DNA of 64,000 bases. It comes from a virus. Its lineage: Duplodnaviria > Caudoviricetes. The DNA lies in IMG/VR virus record IMGVR_UViG_3300025838_000035, positions 1-64,000 of that record; one strand, 5' to 3'. This document shows, one piece after another, positions 46,953 through 56,933 of this stretch (position 1 is its first letter; the number at the start of each line of letters is the position of its first letter). The notes beneath the pieces are model-generated. The model searched no databases, was not told the origin of the DNA, and worked only from the letters and a program-made list of their open reading frames with translations. Position numbers and translations under genes: made by a program.

Positions 46953-47444
46953 TTATGCACCAGGAGTAGGAGTAACTACAACCCACGTTGCTGTTGCAAT
47001 GTCTAATTTATAGTCTTTTCCATCACTTGGGTAAGGAGGTCTTATTTGCCATGTATTTGTTGTTCCTTGCCAAAAATACTGTTGTCCATCTGTTGGCATT
47101 GGAATAGGAGGAACGTAAGAACAAGTTACCTCATCAAATGTCCATGCGGTTAAATTTGGTCTGGGTTTTGAATTCCAAGCATCTTTCACAGATTGTTGTT
47201 TGGCTATTTTTTCTGCGTCTGTCATGTCACGCAAGGCCCAAACATCTGTCCAAACACCGTTAACCTTTTGATATGTCGGTTCTTGGCTATCAAGAACTTG
47301 ATATACCGTAGGTGTTGGAATTTCTACACGAGTGAATGGCTCCCAATTAGACGGAATTGAACCAAATGCTTGCAAAAGATTTTCTTCAAAAGCAGGATGG
47401 TTAATTGGATTTCCGTTGCTATCAGTTTCAATGTATAAATTCAT
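46953..47444 (-). CDS. Tail fibre-associated protein
   Basis: INHPAFEENL..WTFDEVTCSYVPPIPMPTDG..W motif typical next to fibres. Confidence 0.55.
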   Translation of the reverse strand: MNLYIETDSNGNPINHPAFEENLLQAFGSIPSNWEPFTRVEIPTPTVYQVLDSQEPTYQKVNGVWTDVWALRDMTDAEKIAKQQSVKDAWNSKPRPNLTAWTFDEVTCSYVPPIPMPTDGQQYFWQGTTNTWQIRPPYPSDGKDYKLDIATATWVVVTPTPGA

Positions 47445-47445
47445 A

Positions 47446-48573
47446 TTATGGAACTCCTACACAAGTTGATGGGAATGTTCTTGAGCATCCAGGCCACACA
47501 ATTCTCACAAATCCACCTCCACCATGTTGTGTAGTGCCTCCTCCTCTCCCAGAGCCACCAGCACCTCCTCCATAATTACCTCCCGAACCACCTTTATTTC
47601 CTAAAGAACAAACACCAGATCCACCAGAAGAACCACCAGCACCTCCAGAACCAACTCTTGAATTAGCAATTCCAGAAGAACCTTGTCCGTAAAAACCTAC
47701 ACCACCACCTCCACCAGCGCCAAGGCAAGCGGAAATTGCTCTTTGTCCACCAGCACCACCTCCACCAGAACCTGATGTGCTATTTGTACATCCATAGCCA
47801 CCAGCTCCACCAGTCCCTGAATAACCACCAGCCCCACCACCCCCTGAAGTACGGTTGTAATAATTTCCATTGCCTGAACCACCATTGCCACCACCACACC
47901 CACCATGATTTCCACCACACTCACCTTGTCCGCCACCACCTTTTACTATACCTGTGTTTGCAAAATAACTGCATCCACCAGATCGGCAGCCACCACCACC
48001 AGCACCAACAGTAATGCAATAAGAAGATCCAGGTGTAACTGCGTAATTATTTTTATAACCTAATCCACCTCCAGCGCCTCCGCCGCCCCCAAAAGGATTT
48101 CCACAACAACATCCGCCACAATTACCTGATCCACTGCCTCCACCAACAGCGACAATAGAAATTTTAGTTACTCCAGCAGGAGCTACCCATGTGAATGTGC
48201 CGGGTGTAGTATAAAGTTGTGAACCTTTAACAACTGGTGTAACGCTATTACTGTTTCCGCTATATGCACCATATCCTACCGAATTAGTTGCTCTAACTTT
48301 AAATGTATAAGCTGTACAGTTTGTAAGACCAGTAATTTGAATTGGAGAGCTAGAACCAGTTGCAGTATGAGTTCCTGTTGCTACGCATGTTGCTTGATAG
48401 CCAGTAATACCAGGAGGAATTCCTGTGCATGATGGGGCAGTAAATGCTACGCAAGCAAGTGCATTTCCAGCCGTAGCTGTTCCAATTGTTGGAGCTCCAG
48501 GTGCTTTACCTACAAAACCAGCAAAGCCAAAACCTTTAGCTGAAGCTGCACCTCTAGTTATAATTAGTGGCAT
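47446..48573 (-). CDS. Tail fibre/adhesin: FN3 domain plus glycine-rich domain, Cys-enriched
   Basis: APGAPTIGTATAG..GLTNCTAYTFKVRATN; YTTPGTFTWVAPAGVT..GGGGG; 18 Cys. Confidence 0.7.
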   Translation of the reverse strand: MPLIITRGAASAKGFGFAGFVGKAPGAPTIGTATAGNALACVAFTAPSCTGIPPGITGYQATCVATGTHTATGSSSPIQITGLTNCTAYTFKVRATNSVGYGAYSGNSNSVTPVVKGSQLYTTPGTFTWVAPAGVTKISIVAVGGGSGSGNCGGCCCGNPFGGGGGAGGGLGYKNNYAVTPGSSYCITVGAGGGGCRSGGCSYFANTGIVKGGGGQGECGGNHGGCGGGNGGSGNGNYYNRTSGGGGAGGYSGTGGAGGYGCTNSTSGSGGGGAGGQRAISACLGAGGGGGVGFYGQGSSGIANSRVGSGGAGGSSGGSGVCSLGNKGGSGGNYGGGAGGSGRGGGTTQHGGGGFVRIVWPGCSRTFPSTCVGVP

Positions 48574-48583
48574 TGTTTACCTC

Positions 48584-49720
48584 TTAAAATTGAACTAAAG
48601 ATCCCAACACGGTATATGTTGGAGTTGAAGAAGTTTTAATTATTGTATATGTATATACATCAATACCGTTTGCATTTCCAGATGTTGGAGCTGATCCACC
48701 CTGCCAAGAAACAGTTTGAGAATTACTATCCACAGTAACTGCCGTATTGTAATAAGCAGTAGATCCTTGAGTTACCAAAAATGCTACGCTGATTACATCG
48801 CCTACTGCCATAGCAGTATTCAATGTCGTTCCTGATGAGAAGGATAAATTAACTGTCCAATTAGAAGTTGCTGCTGCGGTTGAATAAATAACTGCACCGC
48901 TTGCTACATACAAATTGACTGCGCCAGCTATTCCTGTCCCCGTCAATACCGCAGATTCAGCAGCATTTAAAAGTTTAATAGCTTCTTTTGAGCTTGTGCC
49001 TGTAAAGTTTTGAGTGCCAGTCCATGTGTTGTTAGCTGCTAACTGTACGCCACAAGCGGGTTGGAAAGACAATACTCCAGAACCATTGGTCGCTATTACT
49101 TGCCCAGATGTTCCGTCTGCCGCAGGCAACTGCCATTGAATATTGGTTGATCCACAAGGAGCACCTTTGAATCCAACATAATGAGTATTTGCAGTATTAC
49201 CAAACTTGATACCACCACCCGATCCAACGTAAGCATTAGTACCGTCAAATGTAAAATTAGATGATGCACCTAAAGATCCAGAACAGTTAAATTGCAACTG
49301 TGAATTTGAACCAGCAGCATTGATACTAGCTCTTACAAAATCTGAACCATTCCAAACAACAACTGCATTTGAATTGGCTGCTATTACAACACCAGTTGTA
49401 GCAGATGCTTTAACAGTCACAGTAGAATTTGACTGATTAACAATAATGTATGTTTTGCTTTGAGCTGGAGCTATGATGTTTCTGTTTACACCAGGTGTAC
49501 CAGTAGGAATAAGGATAGCCTGTCTAGCTTGATTAGCTGCTCCTGAACCAGTTGTGGTCAGCGTCCAATCTGCTGAAGTGACGCTTTGAGTAGCTGAACC
49601 TGCTACTGCACATTCAACCAATTGCGTAATATTGTTATTTACTACAGTTCCCCAAGTGCCAGACAAGCACCCCGTAGTAGGTAACGCTAAGCCCAACAAT
49701 GACGTATAACTTGTTGACAT
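48584..49720 (-). CDS. Tail fibre protein
   Basis: N-terminal LGLALP..SGTWG; C-terminal module shared with 50385..52163. Confidence 0.65.
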   Translation of the reverse strand: MSTSYTSLLGLALPTTGCLSGTWGTVVNNNITQLVECAVAGSATQSVTSADWTLTTTGSGAANQARQAILIPTGTPGVNRNIIAPAQSKTYIIVNQSNSTVTVKASATTGVVIAANSNAVVVWNGSDFVRASINAAGSNSQLQFNCSGSLGASSNFTFDGTNAYVGSGGGIKFGNTANTHYVGFKGAPCGSTNIQWQLPAADGTSGQVIATNGSGVLSFQPACGVQLAANNTWTGTQNFTGTSSKEAIKLLNAAESAVLTGTGIAGAVNLYVASGAVIYSTAAATSNWTVNLSFSSGTTLNTAMAVGDVISVAFLVTQGSTAYYNTAVTVDSNSQTVSWQGGSAPTSGNANGIDVYTYTIIKTSSTPTYTVLGSLVQF

Positions 49721-49729
49721 TTTATTTCC

Positions 49730-50383
49730 TTACACCGTTTTTACTGCAATCCATGTTGCCGATTGAGTATCGTTAACATTTTCCCAAAAGTATCTACCAG
49801 CAAATGAATCAGTTGTTGAAATTGATTCTACTGTATTACCCACGAATTTACTATTGCCACCAACAACATCTGACAAAGTAACTGGCTCTGAAACCGCCCC
49901 AACAAATACACCTCGCATAGTAAAGTTGTCAGAGAAATTAATGGTTTCATTTACAGAACCATTTTGACCTCTAAATGCAGTTATGGCATCGCTTAAAGTA
50001 ACAGTTTCAGATACCGATCCTGAAAAAGCTATACCTCCAACTTGTAAAACAGTTAAAGTTATAGTATCTGCAATAGATCCTGCAAATGCACCTGCACCTG
50101 TATACGCATCAGAAAAGCTAAATGATTCAGGAACGGTTACATAAGAACCAAATCCACCTGTCTCAGCATCCGTAACTGTAATACTATCTGTTACAGTTTC
50201 ATAGAAAATGAACGTTGCGGGCTCTAAATCTGTTAAGCTGAACGACTCAACTGTAGCTCCAACAAGGTATGATGAAGCGGACTCAACATCCGATAGCGTT
50301 ACAGTTTCTGTAACCGCAACGGCATTGATAACAGTCGGATTCCCCGCAAAAGATGTTGCAGAAAATGATGTTATCCCAAACAT
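49730..50383 (-). CDS. Repeat-containing tail protein
   Basis: Multiple E(T/S)(V/I)T(L/F)SD repeats. Confidence 0.6.
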   Translation of the reverse strand: MFGITSFSATSFAGNPTVINAVAVTETVTLSDVESASSYLVGATVESFSLTDLEPATFIFYETVTDSITVTDAETGGFGSYVTVPESFSFSDAYTGAGAFAGSIADTITLTVLQVGGIAFSGSVSETVTLSDAITAFRGQNGSVNETINFSDNFTMRGVFVGAVSEPVTLSDVVGGNSKFVGNTVESISTTDSFAGRYFWENVNDTQSATWIAVKTV

Positions 50384-50384
50384 A

Positions 50385-52163
50385 TTAGAACTGGGTCTGT
50401 GAAGCTAATACGGTATAAGTAGCACTAGCTGTCTTAATGACCGTATAAGTATAAACATCAATGCCTGTTGCATAGCCTTTTGTAGGGGCTGAACCGCCTT
50501 GCCAATAAACAGTTACACCCGAAGCAGATCCATCCACGTTTACGGCAGTAGGATAATAGCTTGCGCCACTTGATCCTTGCGTCACAAGAATAGCAAATGT
50601 AGCAGCTTGGTTTGTAGACAAAGCACTATTCATTGTTGTGCCAGAGCTAAACGTCAAATTCTGCGTCCATGTTGCTGAGGCGGCAGTCGTGTAATAGCTT
50701 ACTGATCCAGTATTCAAATAAGCCGTAGCATTAGCATTTACTGTTCCTGCAACCGTATTTACTGTTTCTGCTGCGTTAGCTAAGACTTCACCCAATACAC
50801 TAGTTGATCCGCTAAACGTTTGTGTATTAGTCCAAGAATTAGCAGCGCTTAGAGAAACAGTAGACAATGTACCTGATGTAGGCAAAGTTACTGAAGTTGA
50901 ACCAGTAGCAGTCAATGTTATTGGATAGGCGCCAGAAGTAGCAAAGTTACCTGTTATTGTTATGGTGTTGGATCCATTATTGACGCCAGTTCCACCATAT
51001 GTACCAGTAATAACGTTAGCATTCCAAGTACCCGAAGTAACTGTTCCAACGGTAGTAATGCTTGCTGATCCAGCCAAAGGAGATGCGCCAATGGTGTTAT
51101 AGGATAAAGTAACTGCGCCTGACCCGTTGTAAGTTGTACCCGAACTAGCACCAGATCCGCTATTGTTCAAGGTCAAAGAATTGGTTACTGATCCTGCGCT
51201 ACCAGCAGTAGCAGCATTCAAGTTAGCCACTTGCGTTGTACTGGAAACCACGAATGGAGCAGTTCCTGTAGCAACTGTATTGGTCAATTGTCCAGACATA
51301 CTCAAGGTTGTAACACCCTGAAGATACTGACCAGACATATTTAAACCTGCAGTACCCCAAGTTAAGGGTGCAGTAGAGCTATTTCCTGGAGGCAATAAAT
51401 AGCCAGCCCAATTACCTGTAGCCGTGCTATTGGACAAAGAATAAATCCAACCAGCTCCACCAGGTATGGCAGTAGCTAAAGTATTTCCTGCGCTATCCTG
51501 AACTGTTACGTTTCCAGTTGAATCATTATCAACAATATATCCCATTGCAACGGGAATAGTTGTTTCATCTGGAAGTTTCAAAGTCTGTGTGCTTGTGCCA
51601 CTAAAGTGCTGATACCTTGTACCAGATGCGGTAATAGTAGTTGTTCCAGCTGCGGTAACTACGTTGGTATATCCAGGTGCTTCATTATTCCAAGTGATAT
51701 TGGAATTGGCATCTTTAGTCATTACACCACTTGCACCGTTAGCCGTATTGCCTAAAGCAGTAGCTACGCCAGTACCAAGCCCACTTACGCCAGTTGCAAT
51801 AGGCAAATTAGTCGCATTGGTCAAAGTGCCAGAGCTTGGTGTACCCAAGGGGCCACCTGACCACAAGGCATACTCTGATGGGTAAGTGATGAATACATTG
51901 ACCGTTCCACTGAACGTGACCGCACTACCCGAATTGCTAGACGAGTAGATGGTTGTTCTACTTAGTGTAGGCCCAGTAGTGGAATACGTTCCAAGACCCA
52001 CCTCCCAGTTACCAGCTCCGTCAAAAGCTGCGTAATAAGTGGTGTTGCCATTACCAACAACGGCAAACGACTGATACCCAGTTACTGATCCACTTAATGT
52101 GAAACTAACTGTGGTGTTAGCCGATGCCGTCTGCTGAACTCGATCATATATTGCAAAAGCCAT
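50385..52163 (-). CDS. Tail fibre protein
   Basis: DRVQQTA..WEVGLGTY..VFITYP N-terminus; C-terminal WQGGSAPT..DVYTY..KTAS.TYTVLASQTQF. Confidence 0.7.
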   Translation of the reverse strand: MAFAIYDRVQQTASANTTVSFTLSGSVTGYQSFAVVGNGNTTYYAAFDGAGNWEVGLGTYSTTGPTLSRTTIYSSSNSGSAVTFSGTVNVFITYPSEYALWSGGPLGTPSSGTLTNATNLPIATGVSGLGTGVATALGNTANGASGVMTKDANSNITWNNEAPGYTNVVTAAGTTTITASGTRYQHFSGTSTQTLKLPDETTIPVAMGYIVDNDSTGNVTVQDSAGNTLATAIPGGAGWIYSLSNSTATGNWAGYLLPPGNSSTAPLTWGTAGLNMSGQYLQGVTTLSMSGQLTNTVATGTAPFVVSSTTQVANLNAATAGSAGSVTNSLTLNNSGSGASSGTTYNGSGAVTLSYNTIGASPLAGSASITTVGTVTSGTWNANVITGTYGGTGVNNGSNTITITGNFATSGAYPITLTATGSTSVTLPTSGTLSTVSLSAANSWTNTQTFSGSTSVLGEVLANAAETVNTVAGTVNANATAYLNTGSVSYYTTAASATWTQNLTFSSGTTMNSALSTNQAATFAILVTQGSSGASYYPTAVNVDGSASGVTVYWQGGSAPTKGYATGIDVYTYTVIKTASATYTVLASQTQF

Positions 52164-52175
52164 CAGAGGCTCCTA

Positions 52176-52766
52176 TTAGCCTGCGGCTGATAATGTGTAG
52201 CTAACGTTGATTGTGTCACCATTACTGACTGTCTTTGATCCAGCAGTAAAGTTTCCAGCGCTGAACAATGTGCCTGTTGTGTTATCAATGGTTGATGAAC
52301 CAGAGGCATTAATGAACGCACCGTACACAGTACCCGAGCTAGTCATGTTGAACACAACTGATGCGCTAGTAGCCAATACAGCTGGATTAGCCGTAGTGGT
52401 TGTGGTAAAGCTAGGTGTCTTGCGTGTGCCAGAATAGGTAGGAGCATTCGTTCCGCCAACTTCCAACCAACCAGAATGGCTTGATTGTGTGTCTGTATAG
52501 GCAGGAGTAGATGAACCACCGCTTGCACCCATCAAACCCATCACAATTGCATTAGTTGAAGCAGGACTTACAAAGTAAAACTGCAATAAGTTCTGACGGC
52601 CAACGTTAGTGGTCAAGTTTTGAATCGTATCTTGCCACTTGATGTTTCCATCTTTGTCGTAACAAACCGCTTCATAGACTCCTTCTAAGCCCATGATCTC
52701 GGTTGTGCCTGCGCCACGAGTGACTGTAGCATCACAAGTATCTCCAAATTTTGCTATTTCGCTCAT
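52176..52766 (-). CDS. Structural protein
   Basis: KWQDTIQNLTTNVG..GTLFSAGNF..V.NGDTINVSY. Confidence 0.6.
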   Translation of the reverse strand: MSEIAKFGDTCDATVTRGAGTTEIMGLEGVYEAVCYDKDGNIKWQDTIQNLTTNVGRQNLLQFYFVSPASTNAIVMGLMGASGGSSTPAYTDTQSSHSGWLEVGGTNAPTYSGTRKTPSFTTTTTANPAVLATSASVVFNMTSSGTVYGAFINASGSSTIDNTTGTLFSAGNFTAGSKTVSNGDTINVSYTLSAAG

Positions 52767-52775
52767 AAAAACTCC

Positions 52776-53195
52776 TTAAGATATCCTTAATAATGCTGTC
52801 GTATTTGTGTTCGCAGGCATCGTTACAGTAAAGGAATTACTGCAAGTTTTGTCTGAACCAAAGTTTAACACAGCGATTGACGCATTGTTCTTTGACTTAT
52901 CATAGATCAATGCTCCTCTGCATGTAAACGCTGCTGGACTCCATACAACATTTGCCCAATTAATAAATACCGTGTTGCTCTGATTGTCAAAGCTCACCGA
53001 TATATTGGTCATCAACTGACCGCCTGCCGTATAGCCTGTTCCTACCACCTCATTGACTGAAGTGTAGACCGCAGTTGTATTATCTAAGGCCGCATTACCG
53101 TTGTAAAGTGCCATGTAGATTTGATCTGTCTGCAAATTGATATTGCCCAACAAAGCATTGTAGGTAAACGAAGTGGTGACGGTTTGAACTATCAT
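52776..53195 (-). CDS. Structural protein
   Basis: QTVTTSF..MALY..GYTAGG..RGALIY..AVLNFGSDK. Confidence 0.6.
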   Translation of the reverse strand: MIVQTVTTSFTYNALLGNINLQTDQIYMALYNGNAALDNTTAVYTSVNEVVGTGYTAGGQLMTNISVSFDNQSNTVFINWANVVWSPAAFTCRGALIYDKSKNNASIAVLNFGSDKTCSNSFTVTMPANTNTTALLRIS

Positions 53196-54097
53196 TTAAC
53201 TGGATACCTAACTTGACCATCTCTGTAAGCATCGCCACGGTCTTTGCCATCGCCCAATTGCTTGAGAAGAAGTAATGCCTCGTCATAACGTTTTGTATAT
53301 ACGGCCATGATATCCGCATCACCTTTCATAAAGGTGTAAGCCTCGATCAAAGAACCATATAGCAAAGACGATTCAAAATTGTTACCCAACCAAGATGTAC
53401 CAGATGGATTGGTTGTATTGGTCACACTAAACGTGCATCCTGAACCTTGTCCATTAATTGGAGAAATACTGCATACATCTCCAACCAAATACAATGAACC
53501 GCCTGCATCAATCGTGACATTGGTAACTGATCCGCCAACCACGGTTACCGTAGCCAAAGCTCCTGATCCTGCTCCACCAGTTACTGAAATGTTGTAGTAA
53601 GTGCCATTAGGATACCCAATTCCAGGTTGAGTAATGGACACCAAATACATACTTCCCTGAACAATAGAAGTAGGATAGTAGAAATAATGCAGTTCTACCT
53701 CATAGCTCTGATCTGGGGTTGGCCCCATCATAAAGGTAAGGAAATCTTCATTGTCTGATCTAGGCCCAAATATGGCGTAGTAGGCAGGAGTATTGTAGTA
53801 AGTTGGACTGGGGAAAGAAGCTCTGATGAAGTTAACATCCTTGTCTAGCAAGTAGTAATACTCACCAGTAGTAGGATTAATTACCGCAAAAGAAAAGACA
53901 GACAAGAAATCCAAAGGAGCTTGCAAATACGGATTCTGTGCTGACAAATATGCAGTCACATTCCTTCTCAAAGACGGCAATTGAACAGAGTTTAATATCC
54001 TCTGTTCTGCGCTGATGATGAATGTGTTCAGCTCTACCTGAGTAAATGTATTCTCAGTGTAGTCCTGAATAGCATTTGTAAGCTGAATGTAGTTCAA
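53192..54097 (-). CDS. Head-tail adaptor / tail tubular protein A-like with inserted beta domain
   Basis: MNYIQLTNAIQDYTEN..GPTPDQSYEVELHYFYYP..LLYGSLIEAYTFMKG; homologous to 1067..1699. Confidence 0.65.
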   Translation of the reverse strand: MNYIQLTNAIQDYTENTFTQVELNTFIISAEQRILNSVQLPSLRRNVTAYLSAQNPYLQAPLDFLSVFSFAVINPTTGEYYYLLDKDVNFIRASFPSPTYYNTPAYYAIFGPRSDNEDFLTFMMGPTPDQSYEVELHYFYYPTSIVQGSMYLVSITQPGIGYPNGTYYNISVTGGAGSGALATVTVVGGSVTNVTIDAGGSLYLVGDVCSISPINGQGSGCTFSVTNTTNPSGTSWLGNNFESSLLYGSLIEAYTFMKGDADIMAVYTKRYDEALLLLKQLGDGKDRGDAYRDGQVRYPVK

Positions 54098-54372
54098 GCC
54101 ATTGGCCCTCTGGACATAATGCCCTTAGTAGCTGCACCAGTTCCACGAATCTTGATACCGCTTGTTTTGGGATGCTGCTCGCCTACAGTCTTGCTTACAC
54201 CATTGACGGTCATGCTAAGATTCTCAAGCTTGCTGCGATCCACTCTGGAATCCAACTCAGGCATAGCCTCAATGTAACGACCTGCATATTCCTCAGCAGG
54301 GCCATTATCAGGATTCTTGCCTACCTTTAGAGCTGGACTATTTTTAGTCGTTGCTTTAATTTGAGTAGCCAT
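54094..54372 (-). CDS. Small basic virion protein
   Basis: C-terminal KTSGIKIRGTGAATKG..RGPMA. Confidence 0.6.
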   Translation of the reverse strand: MATQIKATTKNSPALKVGKNPDNGPAEEYAGRYIEAMPELDSRVDRSKLENLSMTVNGVSKTVGEQHPKTSGIKIRGTGAATKGIMSRGPMA

Positions 54373-54560
54373 TATTTGCTCCCAGGTTTCTGGTTATGTG
54401 CTCTAGCCAAGTTACGACCAACTGCTTTCATAGCTTTACTGGTCACACCGCCTTTAGCCATTTTAGTAGGCTTAGCACCTTTGTGCATGTGTTTTTCATG
54501 CTTGTGAACTTCTTTTGCAGCTTCTTTATCTGCAATCTTTGTTACTTGTTTCTTGTCCAT
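54372..54560 (-). CDS. Small basic virion protein
   Basis: KMAKGGV..GRNLARA. Confidence 0.55.
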   Translation of the reverse strand: MDKKQVTKIADKEAAKEVHKHEKHMHKGAKPTKMAKGGVTSKAMKAVGRNLARAHNQKPGSK

Positions 54561-54569
54561 TTCAAACTC

Positions 54570-54998
54570 CTACGTTGTCGTGATTGTTACTGTACCTACT
54601 GCCCATTTAGGATTGAGATCATTTGGTGTCAAACCATCATCAAAGTTTCTCGATCCGCCAATAGGTTGCCACCCCCATTGTATTTGCCTACTGCCGTCTT
54701 GTGGGAATCCTGACTGTTGCTTGCACGTTCCGCAACCAACTTGTGTCATTAAACCACTAACGCCAGACTGGTAATAGCTCTTGTCATTCCTTGGATCCCT
54801 GACCGCTTGTGGATCATTTACTGGATACAAACCTAACGACAACTGAGGCTGATCTGGATCCCAACATGTTGGACATACCTTGATGTTGAAAAGCCGAGTC
54901 TTGATGATCTCTTTTTTTAGCTCCTTGAGCATGTAGCGCTGACCACACCGATCACACTCCGCAATTGCATACTTGCCTGATGCAAACCTATTTGGCAT
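54570..54998 (-). CDS. Zn-finger structural/assembly protein
   Basis: ECDRCG..VCPTCWDPDQPQL. Confidence 0.6.
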   Translation of the reverse strand: MPNRFASGKYAIAECDRCGQRYMLKELKKEIIKTRLFNIKVCPTCWDPDQPQLSLGLYPVNDPQAVRDPRNDKSYYQSGVSGLMTQVGCGTCKQQSGFPQDGSRQIQWGWQPIGGSRNFDDGLTPNDLNPKWAVGTVTITTT

Positions 54999-55000
54999 GT

Positions 55001-55948
55001 CTATCTCACATAGAACATGTTGCGAGGTACAAATCGGACAGGAGCAGTCTCTCTATCCTCTTGAGCCGCTAGATCATACTGCTGTTCATAATCCGCCTTC
55101 AATCCCATGATTCTGTTTGGATCAGTACCAGGTATCTTCATTGATAGGTAATATGAAAGTCCTGCAACCATTGCAGGGATAAATCTGAACGGTATATCTT
55201 GTATCTCGATACCATTGCCCGAATCTTGGACTCTACGCATTCTCCAATATACGAATACATATCCACCCCCTGCATTTGGTGCTGGCCATACATTAATGTT
55301 TGGCAACCAATTCTGGTATACCAAAGTCCCCACACTATGGTCTGCGGCAGTTGTTCCGTTTTGTCCACGGAAACAGTTCTGCAACTGCGTACCATAGTTA
55401 ACATTGGAATAGTAAATAGTCTCATTGTCTAGGTTGATAAACCCTGATGAGGCTAAAGGAGTAGTCGTAGTGACGTTAATAACAGTATCTGTAGACAAGA
55501 CTGCACTAGAAACTGTTACCGATGTAGCGTTTACATTACCGCTTTGACGGTTAAACCATACCTGAATAGGACGTCCTTGCGTCAATTTATTAGGTAAAGT
55601 CGAGTATGTTGATTCAGAAATACGGCTGATATTGACGTCTGTTTGGTTGGACGTATTGCCCTGATACTGTCGAATCACATGATCCAACAAGTCAATCGTA
55701 TCAACTGGGACGGGATAAGCTACCTGTCCAGTTACCATTGGAATAGCGCCTTCTTCAACCGTCCACAAATTAATGCCTCGGTTAGCCCATTCAATGGTCA
55801 ATAGATTCAAACTGCGCCTTGCAGTCCTAAGATCATATCCAGTACGCAACTGAGAACCACAACGCTCAAAAGCCTCCTCAACTAAATCATTTACATTTAG
55901 ATTAAAGGAGGTCGTTCCAGTAGTCGTTGTGGATATTGGATAGCTCAT
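55001..55948 (-). CDS. Head completion / tail tubular-like protein
   Basis: EEAFERCG..GYDLRTARRSLNLL..EWANRGINLWT..DIPFRFIPAMVAGLSYY. Confidence 0.6.
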   Translation of the reverse strand: MSYPISTTTTGTTSFNLNVNDLVEEAFERCGSQLRTGYDLRTARRSLNLLTIEWANRGINLWTVEEGAIPMVTGQVAYPVPVDTIDLLDHVIRQYQGNTSNQTDVNISRISESTYSTLPNKLTQGRPIQVWFNRQSGNVNATSVTVSSAVLSTDTVINVTTTTPLASSGFINLDNETIYYSNVNYGTQLQNCFRGQNGTTAADHSVGTLVYQNWLPNINVWPAPNAGGGYVFVYWRMRRVQDSGNGIEIQDIPFRFIPAMVAGLSYYLSMKIPGTDPNRIMGLKADYEQQYDLAAQEDRETAPVRFVPRNMFYVR

Positions 55949-56196
55949 TTGCTTGCCATTCTCATGTTGTCAACCAAATTTGGATATCTTCTGCCAGCTT
56001 TCTTAGCAGCCTTTTTAGCAGCCGCTTTCTTTTCTGGACTAAGCTTTTTATGTTTTGTTTTGGGGTTGGGTTTATCCCAGACAGCGCCGCCTTCTTTGTA
56101 GACCTCTACATCGTTAGGATTATCCTTACGATGTATGATCTTCTTACCAGGCATTTTAGAGGGATTGATATCCCCCATGCCGCGGCTTGCCATCAT
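55945..56196 (-). CDS. Small basic virion protein
   Basis: SRGMGDINPSK..YKEGG..YPNLVDNM. Confidence 0.55.
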   Translation of the reverse strand: MMASRGMGDINPSKMPGKKIIHRKDNPNDVEVYKEGGAVWDKPNPKTKHKKLSPEKKAAAKKAAKKAGRRYPNLVDNMRMASK

Positions 56197-56720
56197 CAGC
56201 AGATTCTCCCTTTGGTACGGCCCTTCATGGCAATACCGTCTGCACGTTTAGATGCTGAGCTAACATGACCACCAGAAGCCATCTTCTTAACGTGATGATG
56301 CTTAACCTTACCACCCTTTTTCATGGGCATACCAAGCATACTCATGTCTTTAGGCTCATCTGTTGGAGGAGCTTTTCCTGCGTAGGTGAATCCCATAGAG
56401 TCATCATCAGGCATCGTAGGTTTTCTAGAAACATAGTTGGCCGTAGTCATTTCTTGACCTGCCTTGTTTCCAGCGTAATCAGATTGTGCTTTGTTCAAAT
56501 TACGAACAATAGCCTCTCTTTCTTCGCCTGAAGCTGCTGACTTCTTAGCCGCATCAAGTGCATTCTTGTAGAAAGCAATGTTCTTACCCTGAGTTTCTCT
56601 CTCAGTATCAGGCATTTCTTCCTTCATCTTAGTGGTGTAAGTTTTACCATTAAAGGTAAAAGTCTTATCACCTGCATCTCTTGCTGCTCTAAAAGCTTTA
56701 CCAAATGCACTTGTTGCCAT
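56196..56720 (-). CDS. Basic virion protein
   Basis: SAFGKAFRAAR..FTFNGKTYTT; C-terminal KKGGKV..ASKRADGIA.KGRTKGR. Confidence 0.6.
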   Translation of the reverse strand: MATSAFGKAFRAARDAGDKTFTFNGKTYTTKMKEEMPDTERETQGKNIAFYKNALDAAKKSAASGEEREAIVRNLNKAQSDYAGNKAGQEMTTANYVSRKPTMPDDDSMGFTYAGKAPPTDEPKDMSMLGMPMKKGGKVKHHHVKKMASGGHVSSASKRADGIAMKGRTKGRIC

Positions 56721-56729
56721 GATAGCTCC

Positions 56730-56933
56730 TTACTTGTGACTCATGCCACCGTAGCACATAGCTTTAACGTGCTCGTGGTGCATCTTGTGACCATGACTAT
56801 GCTCATGGTACATGTGCTTTACTTTGTGTTGCTCATGCATATGATCATGTCCATGACCGTAGTGGTGCTCAACGTGATCCACATTGTGCTTGTGGTGTGG
56901 AGCTGCTTCGTGCATTTCTTTGTGGTGTTTCAT
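56730..56933 (-). CDS. Histidine-rich small protein (23 of 67 residues His)
   Basis: Counted from translation; GGAG RBS upstream. Confidence 0.55.
   Translation of the reverse strand: MKHHKEMHEAAPHHKHNVDHVEHHYGHGHDHMHEQHKVKHMYHEHSHGHKMHHEHVKAMCYGGMSHK

Noticed and set aside
50272-50290. Fifth copy of the TGAGTCCGACTCA palindrome
   Set aside because: Only the right half (GACTCAACAT) matches; left arm is degenerate
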